This document shows, piece after piece, positions 51,397 to 63,350 of a stretch of 64,000 nucleotides of DNA (positions are counted from its first letter, which is position 1; the number at the start of each line of letters is the position of its first letter). Under the pieces are notes generated by a model. The model saw nothing but the letters and a program-made list of their open reading frames with translations. It made no database searches and was not told the DNA's origin. Both the position numbers and the translations under genes were made by a program. The stretch comes from Hydrolagus affinis (lineage: Eukaryota): contig JAAILG010000059.1 in NCBI GenBank assembly GCA_012026655.1, positions 62,001 to 126,000 on the forward strand. Reading direction: 5' to 3'.

Positions 51397-51884
51397 GTGA
51401 GTACTGTACTGTGTTGTTTTTTTTTAAACAAAAGAAAACACAGCAACTTTTTTATGCCTAAAGTAAAAGCCTTTAAATCAACTTCATTGTTGCTCAAATG
51501 CAGTGAGATTAATGTCATTGAATATCGATCACCCGGCTGAAATGATTTATTCCCCAATTGTCATTGTTTATTTACTACTTTGAGGCTAGAATTCTTTTGG
51601 TGTGTTTGCTCCATACTTAACTCATGCCAGATCCACTTATCATGCTGTATGTCAAGTTCAGAGGCATTTATAATAATAATAATCCTTGTAATTGATATAG
51701 CTCCTTATCCTGTTGTCGAGACATCTCAAAGTGCTTCACAATATACAGTACTGTGAAGTGACTTGAGGGTAAATATTGTGAGCGGAAAGTGCTATTAACT
51801 CCAAAGCTGTATTTTTGTACCATCTTCTCTAAAGACACACTCCAGCTTTTTTTTTCCAGCTGATATTTATAATTAGGTTATTGT

Positions 51885-52196
51885 GGAGCTTCTGTGGCTC
51901 AGTGGGTAGAGCACTCCCTTACAAGTGTGAGACCTGTGTTCGAATCCAGGCAAGTCAGGGCGAAACCTTTGGCAAGTTTCCTTACTCCACACGCCTAATA
52001 ATGATCAGTCCAAAAAAAAAAAAATTGGTAATTTCAATCCATGACTGTTTGTGGGACACTGCTGTGTGCAATTGGCTGACCCGTTTTGCCCACAAATATA
52101 CAGTCAATACACTTCACAGTGTATTCTGTGAAGCGCTTTGAGATGTCGATAAGATGCGAAAAGCGCAATATCAAATGCAAGGCTTATTATTATTAT
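51885..52196 (+). mobile_element. Full-length tRNA/Deu/L2-tail SINE, head type B
   Basis: Complete family match. Confidence 0.92.
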
Positions 52197-52510
52197 GTTA
52201 TATATCTTGTAATGCCAAAGTGGAAAGTAAATGATATTTTATATAATGTAATATAAAAAATATATGGTGTCTTTACTATGGCTATAACACACTTGTGGTG
52301 TCACATGGCATATATCAGAGTGAAATGCATTATAGTACAACAGTGCACATCAGATCTTAATGGTTTTCCAGAGTATGGTCTTGGGAACAAATGGTTTAAA
52401 ATCCATTGCGAGTATATTAGAAAATGATCATGTCTGAATTGCTAATCTATGAATTGTCAGATATATATCACTCACAATCCAAAATGGTAAACACATCACA
52501 CGATATAATT

Positions 52511-52655
52511 GAAACAAAAACAGAAGTTGCTGGGAAAACTCAGCAGGTCAGGCAGCATCCATGGAGAAAGGAAAGTGAGTTAACGTTTCGGGTCCACGAC
52601 CCTCTGTCAGAACTGGGACTGAACTGGGAAATTTGTTTCAGATTTCCAGCATCTA
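52511..52655 (-). mobile_element. Penelope-type terminal repeat fragment with a minimal hammerhead ribozyme motif
   Basis: Minus strand 52614-52578: AGTT CTGACAGA GGGTC GTG GACCC GAAAC GTT AACT, followed by ...CTCCATGGATGCTGCCTGACCTGCTGAG. Confidence 0.7.
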
Positions 52656-52715
52656 ATTTTGTGTTTCACAATATGATTGACTGATTAATTACCTTCATGT
52701 ACCCATATTAAAATA

Positions 52716-52907
52716 CAGTAAAAGTCTGTTTATCCGGCACCTTCGGGACCTGGCCAGCGCCAGTTAAAGTGCATGCCGGATATTCGGCTGAAAAAAAAAG
52801 CATTTTTCCAGTTAAATTCCGGTTAATCGAATGTGGACCTTTTTTTTGCGATGCTGGTTATACGAAAGTTACGGTTGATCGGGTGCCGGACAAACGGGCT
52901 TTTATTG
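52716..52907. mobile_element. Tc1/mariner (Tigger/pogo-type) MITE, 192 bp
   Basis: ta|CAGTAAAAGTCTGTTTATCCGGCACC ... GGTGCCGGACAAACGGGCTTTTATTG|ta: 26-bp TIRs with 22/26 match and a TA TSD. Confidence 0.85.
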
Positions 52908-54221
52908 TATTATACTATCTACATGTGTAGAAATATCTTGGAATAGATGAAAGTGATGGAATAGATCATAAAAAACATGAAAGACATTAAGTTGTTATGA
53001 ATATATAACAACAATTATGCTTGGTACTTAAAGCAGAAATAATTGACAGAAGTAAATTATTTGCTATAACTGCAAGTGGGATCTTTAATGTCTCATGTTT
53101 AACGTCTCATCTGAAGTACAGCACCTTCAACAATGCCACACCTCCCCCAGAACTGTGTTGGAATGTCAGTTTATATACTTTATAATACAACTTTGTTGAC
53201 TGTTGGCTAGCCTTTATATTGGGATTCTGTGCTTCTTGCTACAATTGCAGTACCTTCTGACAGGTGTGAAAATGAAGAGCCGCACTGTAGAAAGTTTGTC
53301 AGTTATCCATGAATGAGGGCTCTTTGCTAAGTTGAAAGTAAAACAGTGATGGAGGAAGTTATCTAAACCATAAAAATCCTAAGAAGTGAGCAATCCACCT
53401 TTTTTTGCAAGGAATTCTATCAGTGCCTTGTTTAACGGACAATTTCAAAATCGGGTGAAAATCTGGGAGTATTATACAATGGTTCTGATGCCAGCACAAC
53501 TGAAAACATAGCAACTCTGGTTAAATTGGAGCAGCATGTAAATAATAATAATAATAATCCTTGCATTTTTATATAGCATCTTTCGTGGCAGTAGGACATC
53601 TTCAAGCGTTTCACAATATCAACAAACCCGGAGATATGTAGAAGGATCTTTCCGCGATTTTGCAAGGCCAAGGTGGTGATGATGATGATGATGGGATTAT
53701 TCCTGCATGGGCCTTCCAAAATTTATCACAAATAAATAATGTTTAGTTTAGGGAAATGTGTTATACAAAAGCTGGGACTGTGCCGAACCGCATGCAAATA
53801 CTGTACCACCTTTGTATAGGGCCTCCAGTCAAGATTACGAGAACAGGGAAGGGTGTCTGATTGTATGGATGGAAAATTGGCTGATTACTCTACGTGGATG
53901 GAAAATCACCAGCGGCAGTGAAAAAATGAAAAGGCCACTGACCTAAGCAGGGGGCTGCAAAGCCTGAAAACTAGAGCTCTGCATCTGATCTGTTGGTAAT
54001 TGACCACGTAAATGTCTGTCATGTACATTTGCCACTAAAAGTTCCATTCCTGCTTCTCTGATCTCCTTCTTTTAATGAGCACAATTTTTGTCGTTAACTT
54101 TGAAGAAGAAACCGAATCTCCGCCATCTATCATGTTGCATATCGGTGTTTTTTTTTTAATACTGACTCTGGCACACTCTGTGAGTGTGGTTGCTGCCATT
54201 ATCTCTTTCTCTTGGTGATAT

Positions 54222-54272
54222 GCGTGTGTGTGTGTGTGTGTGTGTGTGCGTGTGCGTGCGCGTGCGCGCGTG
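54222..54272. repeat. (GT)n/(GC)n alternating purine-pyrimidine microsatellite
   Basis: Directly visible. Confidence 0.9.
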
Positions 54273-54379
54273 GTGGTGGAGGGATTCTGTATTTCCCTCT
54301 GTTCGTCTCAATGTTTTCTTTCGCTTTTCATCCTTGTCCTATTTCAGATGCCGCAATTGGTGTTGATCATATGATCACA

Positions 54380-54575
54380 TGGCTGTTTGTGGACATTGCT
54401 GTACACAACAACAACAACAACAACAACAGCCAAATTACATTTATAGAGCGCCTTTCGCGTCGGGAGGTCGTCCCAAGGCTTTGCATACACAATGATTATA
54501 CTTTACAGTATATTCTGCTGAAGTGCTTTGAGATGTCCTCCTGATGTAAAAGGCACGTTGCCAAATACAAGGAAT
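54380..54575 (+). mobile_element. SINE 3' part split by an antisense L2 tail (about 54406-54480)
   Basis: GGCTGTTTGTGGACATTGCTGTACAC | (CAA)n plus stem-loop | CTTTACAGTATATTCTGCTGAAGTGCTTTGAG. Confidence 0.75.
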
Positions 54576-54890
54576 CTTCTGCTGGCTTTTCCTTTTCTCT
54601 TCCCCAATGCTGTTAGCAAAGAGGGGTCTTGTGAGAATTATAGAGTGCAGTCTCTCTTTGGCCAACAGCCTGTAGCATAGCAATCAGTGTTCATATTGTC
54701 TTGCATCTCCTCATTGTAAATTTAGGAGAGATAACTTGCACTATCTCCGAAGGACAAAAATAAAAAAATGTGTTTATCAGCAGGGTGACTGACACATGCA
54801 GAGATCCAGCATTAGACTCATGAGTATCCAAACTAGACTGAGAGTTCTATATATGCCACCTATACGTGGATATTTCCGTGTACTGTACAT

Positions 54891-55220
54891 GGAGCTCCTG
54901 TAGCTCAGTGGTTAGAGCACTCACCTTACAAGCGTGAGACCTGTGTTCGAATCCAGGCAGGTCAGGGCGAAACCTTGGGCAAGTTTCCTTACTCCACACA
55001 CACGCTTAATAATAATCCGTCCCCAAAACAACACTATAATAAAAATTGGTCATTTCAATCCACGGCTGTTCATGGGGACACCGCTGTGCACAATTGGCTG
55101 TCGCGTTCCACCCACAAATATAGTCAATTCACTTTAACAGTATATTCTGTGAAGCGCTTTGAGACGTCGATGAGATGTGATGAAGCGCTAGATCAAATGC
55201 AAGGATTATTATTATTATTA
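54891..55220 (+). mobile_element. Full-length tRNA/Deu/L2-tail SINE, head type B
   Basis: Intact A-box TAGCTCAGTGG and B-box GTTCGAATCC. Confidence 0.92.
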
Positions 55221-57816
55221 CATAAAAATATTAACATCTGTGGAAATAAAAATGCCAGGTCATGTTAATGTGGAAACCCGTGCAGTATTCTTGGTGTAAC
55301 TATTCCATCTGCGAGCGTGCTGCAATTATTTTTCCTGATCTTCTATTGGTATTTGTGGCTACTCACAACAATCAGTTTGATTTATGATGTTGTAACTCTG
55401 AAGCTCGGTGGAGTAGTTCTTTTGACAGTAATGCAACGTAAAATGGCCAGATATGTGCAGGAAATAAATGCAGACTTTTGAACTGTTAAATACTGTGTTG
55501 TTTGATAAAGACCATGTTTACTGTCAGTTAAAATGAGCATACCGCTTGTTGGGGGATTTATTTTACTGACCTGTCAAAGTCAATTAGTTAATGTATAGAT
55601 TGTGTTTCAATAGGGATGGTTTCATGCCATCAATATCCCACTGATATCTTGTTGAAATGACCATTTATCACGTGTTAGTCTGCACAGCAAGTATCAGCAG
55701 GCTGTTTGGTCATCTTAAGAGTATGCAGCTCTCTTTACTTGACATTCATACCTGTGTACTTCCTATCCAAATTTTACCGGGTCAGAATTTGTGAGACCAT
55801 TTATAAAAGTCTTAAGTTTTAAAATGACTTTGAATTGTTGAAAAATCTTAAATTTAGACTGAACTTGGAAACTGCTTTGCCATAGTTCTTAATAAGAACT
55901 ATTAATCGTATTAAGAACGTATTCAAGAAATTAAGAGCTTGAATTCTTACGGAAACGGAATTGACTAATTTTTCATAATTTAAATTTTTAAGGCAAAATG
56001 GTCTCACATCCAATGGATTTTTAGCAATGTTACCTTTAAAACTCAGTAAATAATGAAACAGTAAAATAATCATCACGTTTGATATCGTGCCTGCCTTTCA
56101 CATTGGAGAATGTCTCAAAAAGCTTCAAAGGATTTGCTGACTAGTGTAGTGACTAGTGTATTTTGCAGACAAATGTACTGATGGTAAAGTCAGAGTGCTG
56201 AGGAGTAATGGTTTCTGCTTAGAAATATTTTATTTCACAACCAAATGTGGCTGCAAATATTAACTGTATCTCGCTTAAACTAAACAAAAACTTCTAATGG
56301 GAATTCAATGTTGGGATTGTGTTTTATGTACAACACTCAGCTGTGGTGGAATTCATATTACACTGAAGTGGAATTTCCGATAATTTCATGTCTTATCGTA
56401 ACTGAAATACTGATTTATAAGAAACCCAGCGGGAATATAAACATTTTGAATAAACCTTACTATTTACGTTTAATTCCTGACCTTTTGGCATGTTTTTAAC
56501 AAAAACAACAACAAAATTACATTTGTATAGTGCCTTTTAACCACAGGATGTAAGCAAAGGTAATACTCTATAGTAGCTGTGGTAATTATTTCCCTGCTCT
56601 ATTATAAAGTAAGGTTCCTCTGAAGCAGGTTACTTTACATTTGCAGAGTGTGGCGCAGGCAGACCAGGACTCGTTAAACACAGTGCTGTCTTGTTAAAGT
56701 ATTGGAGGGATCTGTAATTCTAAGCGGTAGGTGAAGGTTTTGAGTCTCTTAAGTTCTGTACGGGATGAAATGTTTTATTCTAGAAATGCATGTCGCTTAG
56801 CTTGGGTCACTGTCCCTGAGCTCTATACTGGTCATCTTAGTTGAAGTTATTGCTTGTTACTTCTGGCTTTGGGTTGTTTTTGTGACTTCTTCCCATTGAC
56901 GTTTAATCTCTGGCCAGTTTTTCAGTTTTTCCATCTACTTTTAGCAGCGGGTTCTGGCAGCTAACTTGGGATTTTGCTTTTTGAAGTTCCAAAAGCAGTG
57001 GTACAGACAGAAATTACAATATTTCATATTGTTGAATAGCAACTGAAAATCTGAGGCGTTAACGTTTGTCGCACGTGTAACCGTCAGTGACAAGTTAAAT
57101 CCAAAGCCACAACAACTTGGATTTATATAGTGCCCTCCACCCTGAATGGCGTCTCAGAGCGCAAAGCAGTTTCTGTTTAGTGTAGAAATTTGTAGAAAGT
57201 AAAAGGGGCAACCTAAAACAAATGCATTTCTCACCTTAGCTCTTCAAATGAATGGTTTAAACTATTGGGAGTGTTAAATAGGTACAACTGCTTTGTGGTT
57301 AAGGAGTGTTAACAGCTGTGCTGCCCAATATAGATGTCATGTGAGTGGCAATAACATGCTTTTTTGTGTTACTTCATACAGCGTACTCACACAGTGTTAC
57401 GCTGTGTTGTTTGAAAGCCATATACTTTTGAAGCTAAAATGATGCTTGTGAATGAAATTTCTAGTGCCGATGTTCACCGGTTTCATTAAAACCTGGGCAG
57501 TGGAAGCAAATGAAACAGAAGGGTGAGCTTGAAATTTCTTCGTGAGGAGTCTTGTAGAAGCTCATTGAGGTAATGTGCAGTGTTATCCTGATTGCAGAGG
57601 TAACTGACTCGTTATGATCTAAGTGGCTGAGCAGCAAGTCTGATTCACTGAACGTGTGTGAAGCTGAGAGTAAATAAGTCCTGATAAAGTCTGGACTTTG
57701 ACTTTATGGTCGTGTTGAAACAAAAATAGTAATTTCAAGTAATAAATATTTAAAGGTCACTTTGGTGTGACATACTATGCTGGTAAAAATGAACTCTACT
57801 AGCATATATAGTATGT

Positions 57817-58129
57817 AATAGTAATAATCCTTGCATTTGATACAGCGCTTTTTTACATCTTCTAGACGTCTCAAAGCGCTTCACAGAATATACCGTAAAG
57901 TGAATTGGCTGTGTTTTTGTGGGCGAAACGCAGCAGCCAATTGCGCACAGCAGTGTCCCACAAACGTGGATTGAAATGACCAATTTATTATAGTTTTTTT
58001 GGGGGGATGGATTATTATTAGGCGTGTGGAGTAAGGAAACTTGCCCAAGGTTTCGCCCTGACCTGCCTAGATTCAAAACACAGATCTCGTGCTTGTAAGG
58101 CGAGTGCTCCTACCACTGAGCTGTAGGAC
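57817..58129 (-). mobile_element. Full-length tRNA/Deu/L2-tail SINE, head type B
   Basis: Complete reverse-complement match. Confidence 0.92.
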
Positions 58130-58764
58130 AGTAAATATTTGCAAATTAAGCTTTTGTTTAATTCATGTTTTGGATCATATCAAACAGTCAACAACATTGC
58201 TAAAATTGGTAGGGAGTAGTCCTTCCTGACTTCTCTACACCCCTTCGTGATAAAGAATTTGTTTGGAAGTCAAAGCAATCTATCCATTTGAGCAACAAAA
58301 CAACTTTCGCCAGCTTACTTTCCTTTGGCAAGGATTGCTTACAGAGGCGGGAAAAAACTCTGTCAGTGAGGGAAGTCAGTTGTTTATCTGGGAATAGCAT
58401 TGTTATCAGCAGAGAAACTGCAATCATGCAGCTAATCTGTGAATTATCAAAATAATCCATTTTGAACATTTAAGCAGTGGCAGAGATTGAAATATATAAC
58501 TTTGCCATGGTTTTCTAATGGCGAAAGTAGTCACGTATGAGCAGTTCATTTTCATGTCTCGACCGACCACATTTATTTATTGCTGGAAATTTTCACTTTG
58601 GTATCAAAACACAAATGACGTTTGAACATATTTTCATGTGGAACTTGAGTCACAGACTATGCACTGTAAATCTACTGGATTCATTTGGAACAAATGCCTG
58701 AAACAACACAATTTCATGTGGAGGATTTTCCAAGATCTTCGGTGGGGAATTGAGTAATAAATAA

Positions 58765-58925
58765 AAATAATAATCATTCTTGCATTTGGTATAGTGTTTT
58801 TCACGTCTTCTACAAGTCTCAAAGAGCTTCACAGAATATACTGTAAAAGTGAATTGACTGTATATTTCTGTGCGAAACGTTGCAGCCAATTGCACTCAGC
58901 AGTATCCCACAAACAGTCGTGGATA
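58765..58925 (-). mobile_element. SINE 3' half
   Basis: Tail plus Deu motif. Confidence 0.85.
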
Positions 58926-59875
58926 TTCATGTTTGCTCTGATAGGTGGAGATGGTTAATACTCTTAAGTGGTATGTCTTTTGTGTTCTGTGAACAGTATA
59001 TTTATGCCTGGAATAGGTGATGTCTCCATTGATGCTAAAATACTGCTGGATGGCAATGTAAACATGGTACAGTACTCTGCAGAAAGTGCAGTGTCTACAG
59101 GACATGCTTCTAGCAGACTCGCACATACAGTGAGAGTAAAAATACATTTCTTAAAGGATTCCCTCAATTGTGAATGGGCTGCAGAATCCATATACAGAAA
59201 TAACAATAATATTCCTTGCATTTGACATAGCGCCTTATCACATCCTTGCGATGTCTCAGCGCACTTAAGTCCATGAAAGTATAGACTGTTTTTTATGATT
59301 GTCGATTCAACAAAATGCCTTGAGGGTTGGTTGACATTTGTGCAGTAATCCAGCTATCAGAGCCATGAGTGACAGGTGCTTGTTCTACCCTCAGTGCATT
59401 TGATAATTCCATTTCTTTTAAAGTCGTGGAATTTTTTATGGGAAATGGGGAGAGGAGTCATAGGAGCACAGTATCGACTATCTAAAGCAGATTAATGTGC
59501 TGTGTGCAACCGCAGAGAAGACCATTTCAACTGGGGAATTCTTTTCAATACTATAAGAGGATTATAGCTCGATTCTAGACTGCAATGAACCACACATAGT
59601 AACCTGCTTTGGTTTCCTGCAACAAATCTGCTTGAAGGTTTCCTGAAGAGCATTCTTGGCCATTTGAGAAGCCTAAATAGTCTAAGGCACAGCGAGGTGG
59701 AATGTAAATGTTTAGAGTAAAAATTCAAATACTCTGAAAGATGTTATGGCGTGTAGAGTGTTCAAATTAACCCCTACCCTTTCTGTTATGGATTTCAAAT
59801 GAGGGATTGCTACATTTTCAGAGGAAATGCTTTGTATAGCAAATCTGTGAAACCCGGGATTAATTTTTTCTTCAG

Positions 59876-60122
59876 ATGAATAGACTTGGAGGAAGAGCAG
59901 GAATACACTATTCAAGTTCAGGTTACGAATGAACCTCCATTTGTTTTTCTCCGAAGACAGTGGAGTCTATTCTGTTTGGCTGAAAGACCTTTGCTATCAA
60001 GTTTGTGCCACACACACGCATTGGCAACAGTGAAACTCATTATGCAATGCGCTGCTTTATATTTCACAATCACAGACATTTCTAACTTGTTTGTCCCAGT
60101 CGTTGAAGGAAAACATTTTGAG
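59876..60122 (+). pseudogene. Possible cadherin-repeat relic exon
   Basis: After ttttttcttcag it reads A TGA then IDLEEEQEYTIQVQVTNEPPFV...ATVK, resembling the classical cadherin LDFE..Q.Y.L.V.V.N..PF...ATV. A donor AG|gtaatt follows 60122. Confidence 0.3.
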
Positions 60123-60554
60123 GTAATTTGGTTCACTTTACTTAATTTTAATAGTTCTGAATGACCTGATTGCTGAAATTGGGGAGGGGTGCTAGAAAAC
60201 CAAAAATCCACGCTTTGAATTTGTCGCATTCTAATAAAATTCGAATAAAATCCTCCTATTTAAAGATTTCTATTGAACCTTGTAATTATGCTTCCCCCCC
60301 ACCTCGCTCAGACATCAATCCGCCTAGTTTATTCAAATTATTTATTCCGGCATGGCTTTTCAGATGGAACAAAATGTAAATGCAGGGATTTGAATCCATG
60401 TATGCGTGCAGGAGGCAGTCATCGGCGATCAGATAAATCTAAACATCACAGAGAAGAGTTTGGCAAATATTTACAAATGTTAGCATTGCAATCAACTTGT
60501 TATATTTTTGCTTCTTGGTTTACTCACAAAAAAAAACTGACTGCACTCAACCCT

Positions 60555-61010
60555 TTTTTGCTGTGAAGCGCCTTGGAAGATCCTTCACAACATGAAATAT
60601 GCTTTACCAAATGTTATTATCAATTTTATTTTATTATTACATGCAGGAGACCACACAATAATAATAAATAACAATCCTTACATTTGATATCGCCCTTATC
60701 ATGTGATATCTCAAAGTGATTCACAGAATATACTACAGTACAAAGTGAATTGACTGTTCTGTGGGTGAAACGAATGATGATCATAATGCCAAACGTTGTT
60801 GGGACCACCTGTTGTGGTGTTGGGAAAGAGGAAAGGGGAAAGTTTTCACTCCTGTAATAATAATACAGTAATAAGAAGAATCCTTAAATTTGACACAGTG
60901 CCTTATCACATCTTTGAGATGTCTCAAAGCACTTCATAGAATATTTTGCAAAGTGAATTGACTACATATTTTGTGGGGCGAAACGTGGCATCCGATTGCG
61001 CACAGCAGTT
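60555..61010. mobile_element. Cluster of SINE tails (one plus, two minus)
   Basis: Plus tail at about 60560-60640; minus tails at about 60657-60775 and 60857-61010. Confidence 0.8.
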
Positions 61011-61029
61011 TGCGAGTTTAGTGTGTGGA

Positions 61030-61160
61030 NNNNNNNNNNNNNNNNNNNNNNNNNNNNNNNNNNNNNNNNNNNNNNNNNNNNNNNNNNNNNNNNNNNNNNN
61101 NNNNNNNNNNNNNNNNNNNNNNNNNNNNNNNNNNNNNNNNNNNNNNNNNNNNNNNNNNNN
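61030..61160. other. Assembly gap
   Basis: Run of N. Confidence 1.
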
Positions 61161-63214
61161 GAGATTTCATTAGCACTTAATGCATAAGTAGTGCAGTCTC
61201 TTCCAAAAGCTACTTTTAACCACCGTTGTACACAATTTTCTGTTTCAGGACTTCGGCAGATCTCTCCGAGATGCATCCTGTAATTACAAATGAATACTTT
61301 CTGTTACGCATTTGTTCCCAACCAATTTTTACCTTGAACGGTTCTCGAGGATTTATTTCAACTGGACTTGCATCTCTGCTGCTGAGAGGGATTAAACAAT
61401 GCCCTCCTCTTTGACTGGAGATGAGCAAATTTATATATACACACAAGGGAATGTTTTCAGTTTGACTGAATGCGCTTTGGGACGTCAAATCTTGAAATGC
61501 AGTTGTTACCAATTGTTGGTGTAGATAAATCACAAGATTGGTTTAGATGAGGAAGGTCTTTTATGCCATTTGATCTCACCCTTCCTGAATAGCCAACTTC
61601 AAGGCTTCCCCCACCCCTCCTCATTGAAGCATCAAGTTTGTTTGTGCTCTGATAAAATATTAATGCACAACTCGTAGTTTGATGGCAGAAAACCAGAATG
61701 CGCGTTCAAACCTGGTTTGCGTTTCTGAGATGTGCTCATGGCCAACAAATCTGTGGTGATATTTGGGACCAAGAAGATTGAGGAAGGAAATATGCAAATG
61801 ACCTGAGATTTGCAAGTTGCAACATTGATCCAGCTGGATGTATTGCGCGGGTGGGTGGGTGGGTAGGTAGATATTCAGCTTTTAAATGGGGTGGTGGGAG
61901 CAAGAGAGAAACAACAGAGCGACTCGTACCTGATTAATAGTTAACCGCTCACCTTTTCTAAGGAATGAGCAGAGCAGGAACGAATGCTGTGTGTAACTGC
62001 ATTCGTTCTGCGAGTAAAGAATGAAGCTCGATTATATAACCAAAGAGCGTCGCAAAAATGGATGTACGATAAACATGTGTGCGTATGGTGCACACTGGGG
62101 CCGCCTTGCGAAAGCAGCCAGTGAGCCTTATCGGGGTGTATTTTTTACAAAACAAAATTATTTTGTTGTTGTTGTGTGCTCGGGCACGCACGCGGATGTG
62201 GTGCATTCATGGGCGACTGCCAACTGTTTTAGAGGGAGTTTCCCTCCCCAAATGTGTGCACAACCTGTGAGGAGTGAAGAAATGTACACAGCTGGGGTGG
62301 AAAGGAAAAATGGGGAAAAAGATATCATACTTTGTATTTATTTTGTAATTTCTGTTGTACCAAATATATTTATAAATACCGTATATGTTTTCAACACACC
62401 AAAGTCCCCTCACCACAAGGGGGCTGGAAGAGAGTATGTCTGTTATATTTATATTTAAATATGCAGTTAACTGTATGAAGAATAAGAAGTTATGTAGATT
62501 GGTGTCAAGGCTTTAACTTACTCTATTTTAGACTTGCAGTGGAAAAAAAAACACTTAGTATTAATGCCCTTTTCTCATTAATTAATGATTTTAAATTGAT
62601 TCCTCAATGCAACTGAATGCATTGAGAGCTATCGTGTAAGAGCAACTTGACGTAAATGGAACATTAAAATGATCACTCCATATTAGTAAGTTTGGGAACA
62701 GAAAAATACCAAAACAGTGTAACCTGACCCAAAAGTTCTGATTTAAGAATGACCTGAAAACTTATCATAATCCACCATGTTAGATTGTGTGGTATTTCTG
62801 TAGTCCTTTTGTGTCTATCTTTCCCATCTGACATTCATCTTCAGTCAATGAGAACGGTGGTGTCATGCACAGCAAAGGGGTTGATTGCAATCCCTGTGCA
62901 TTAATCTTAAAACAAAGTGGTACTTGTTGACAGATGATTGATTGCTTTAACAGGACCTCTCACTTGCACTAAAGCCGTGGATGAGAGATCCCTGACATGG
63001 TGATGAAGAATTAGTTGTGTATTTTGCACGTCAGCCTGCAGACCAGGGTTCGCTTAAAGTGAAATAAGTGGAGTTGCTTCCGACATGTGTAGGGATGTTT
63101 GTTACAGTTAACGGCTCAATAATATAAAAATATTGCAATACCTGAAAGTGCTTTTTGGGCAGGGGGAAAGTGTGGTTGTTATACAGTACATTTGTAGGCG
63201 AAGCCAACGGATTG

Positions 63215-63350
63215 TTGATCAGGACACCAGGGAAAATCTCCCACTTTTCAAACGGGATCAGAGTATCATTAATGTCTGTTAGAAAAGCCACATAAGACCT
63301 GGGTTTAATGGCTCGATCGGGCAAGACAGCCCCAATGCACCACTTCTCTG
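63215..63350 (-). mobile_element. Very degenerate Deu-SINE remnant
   Basis: Minus strand GGGGCTGTCTTGCCCGATCGAGCCATTAAACCCAGG...GGGAGATTTTCCCTGGTGTCCTGATCAACAAT parallels the Deu domain of 21966-22360. Confidence 0.55.

Noticed and set aside
54891-54965. tRNA-like sequences (TAGCTCAGTGG...GTTCGAATCC)
   Set aside because: These are SINE heads. The acceptor stem does not close and each continues into the SINE body.
63031-63324. 97-aa protein-looking ORF
   Set aside because: Overlaps a degenerate Deu-SINE, starts at TTG, and has no splice support.
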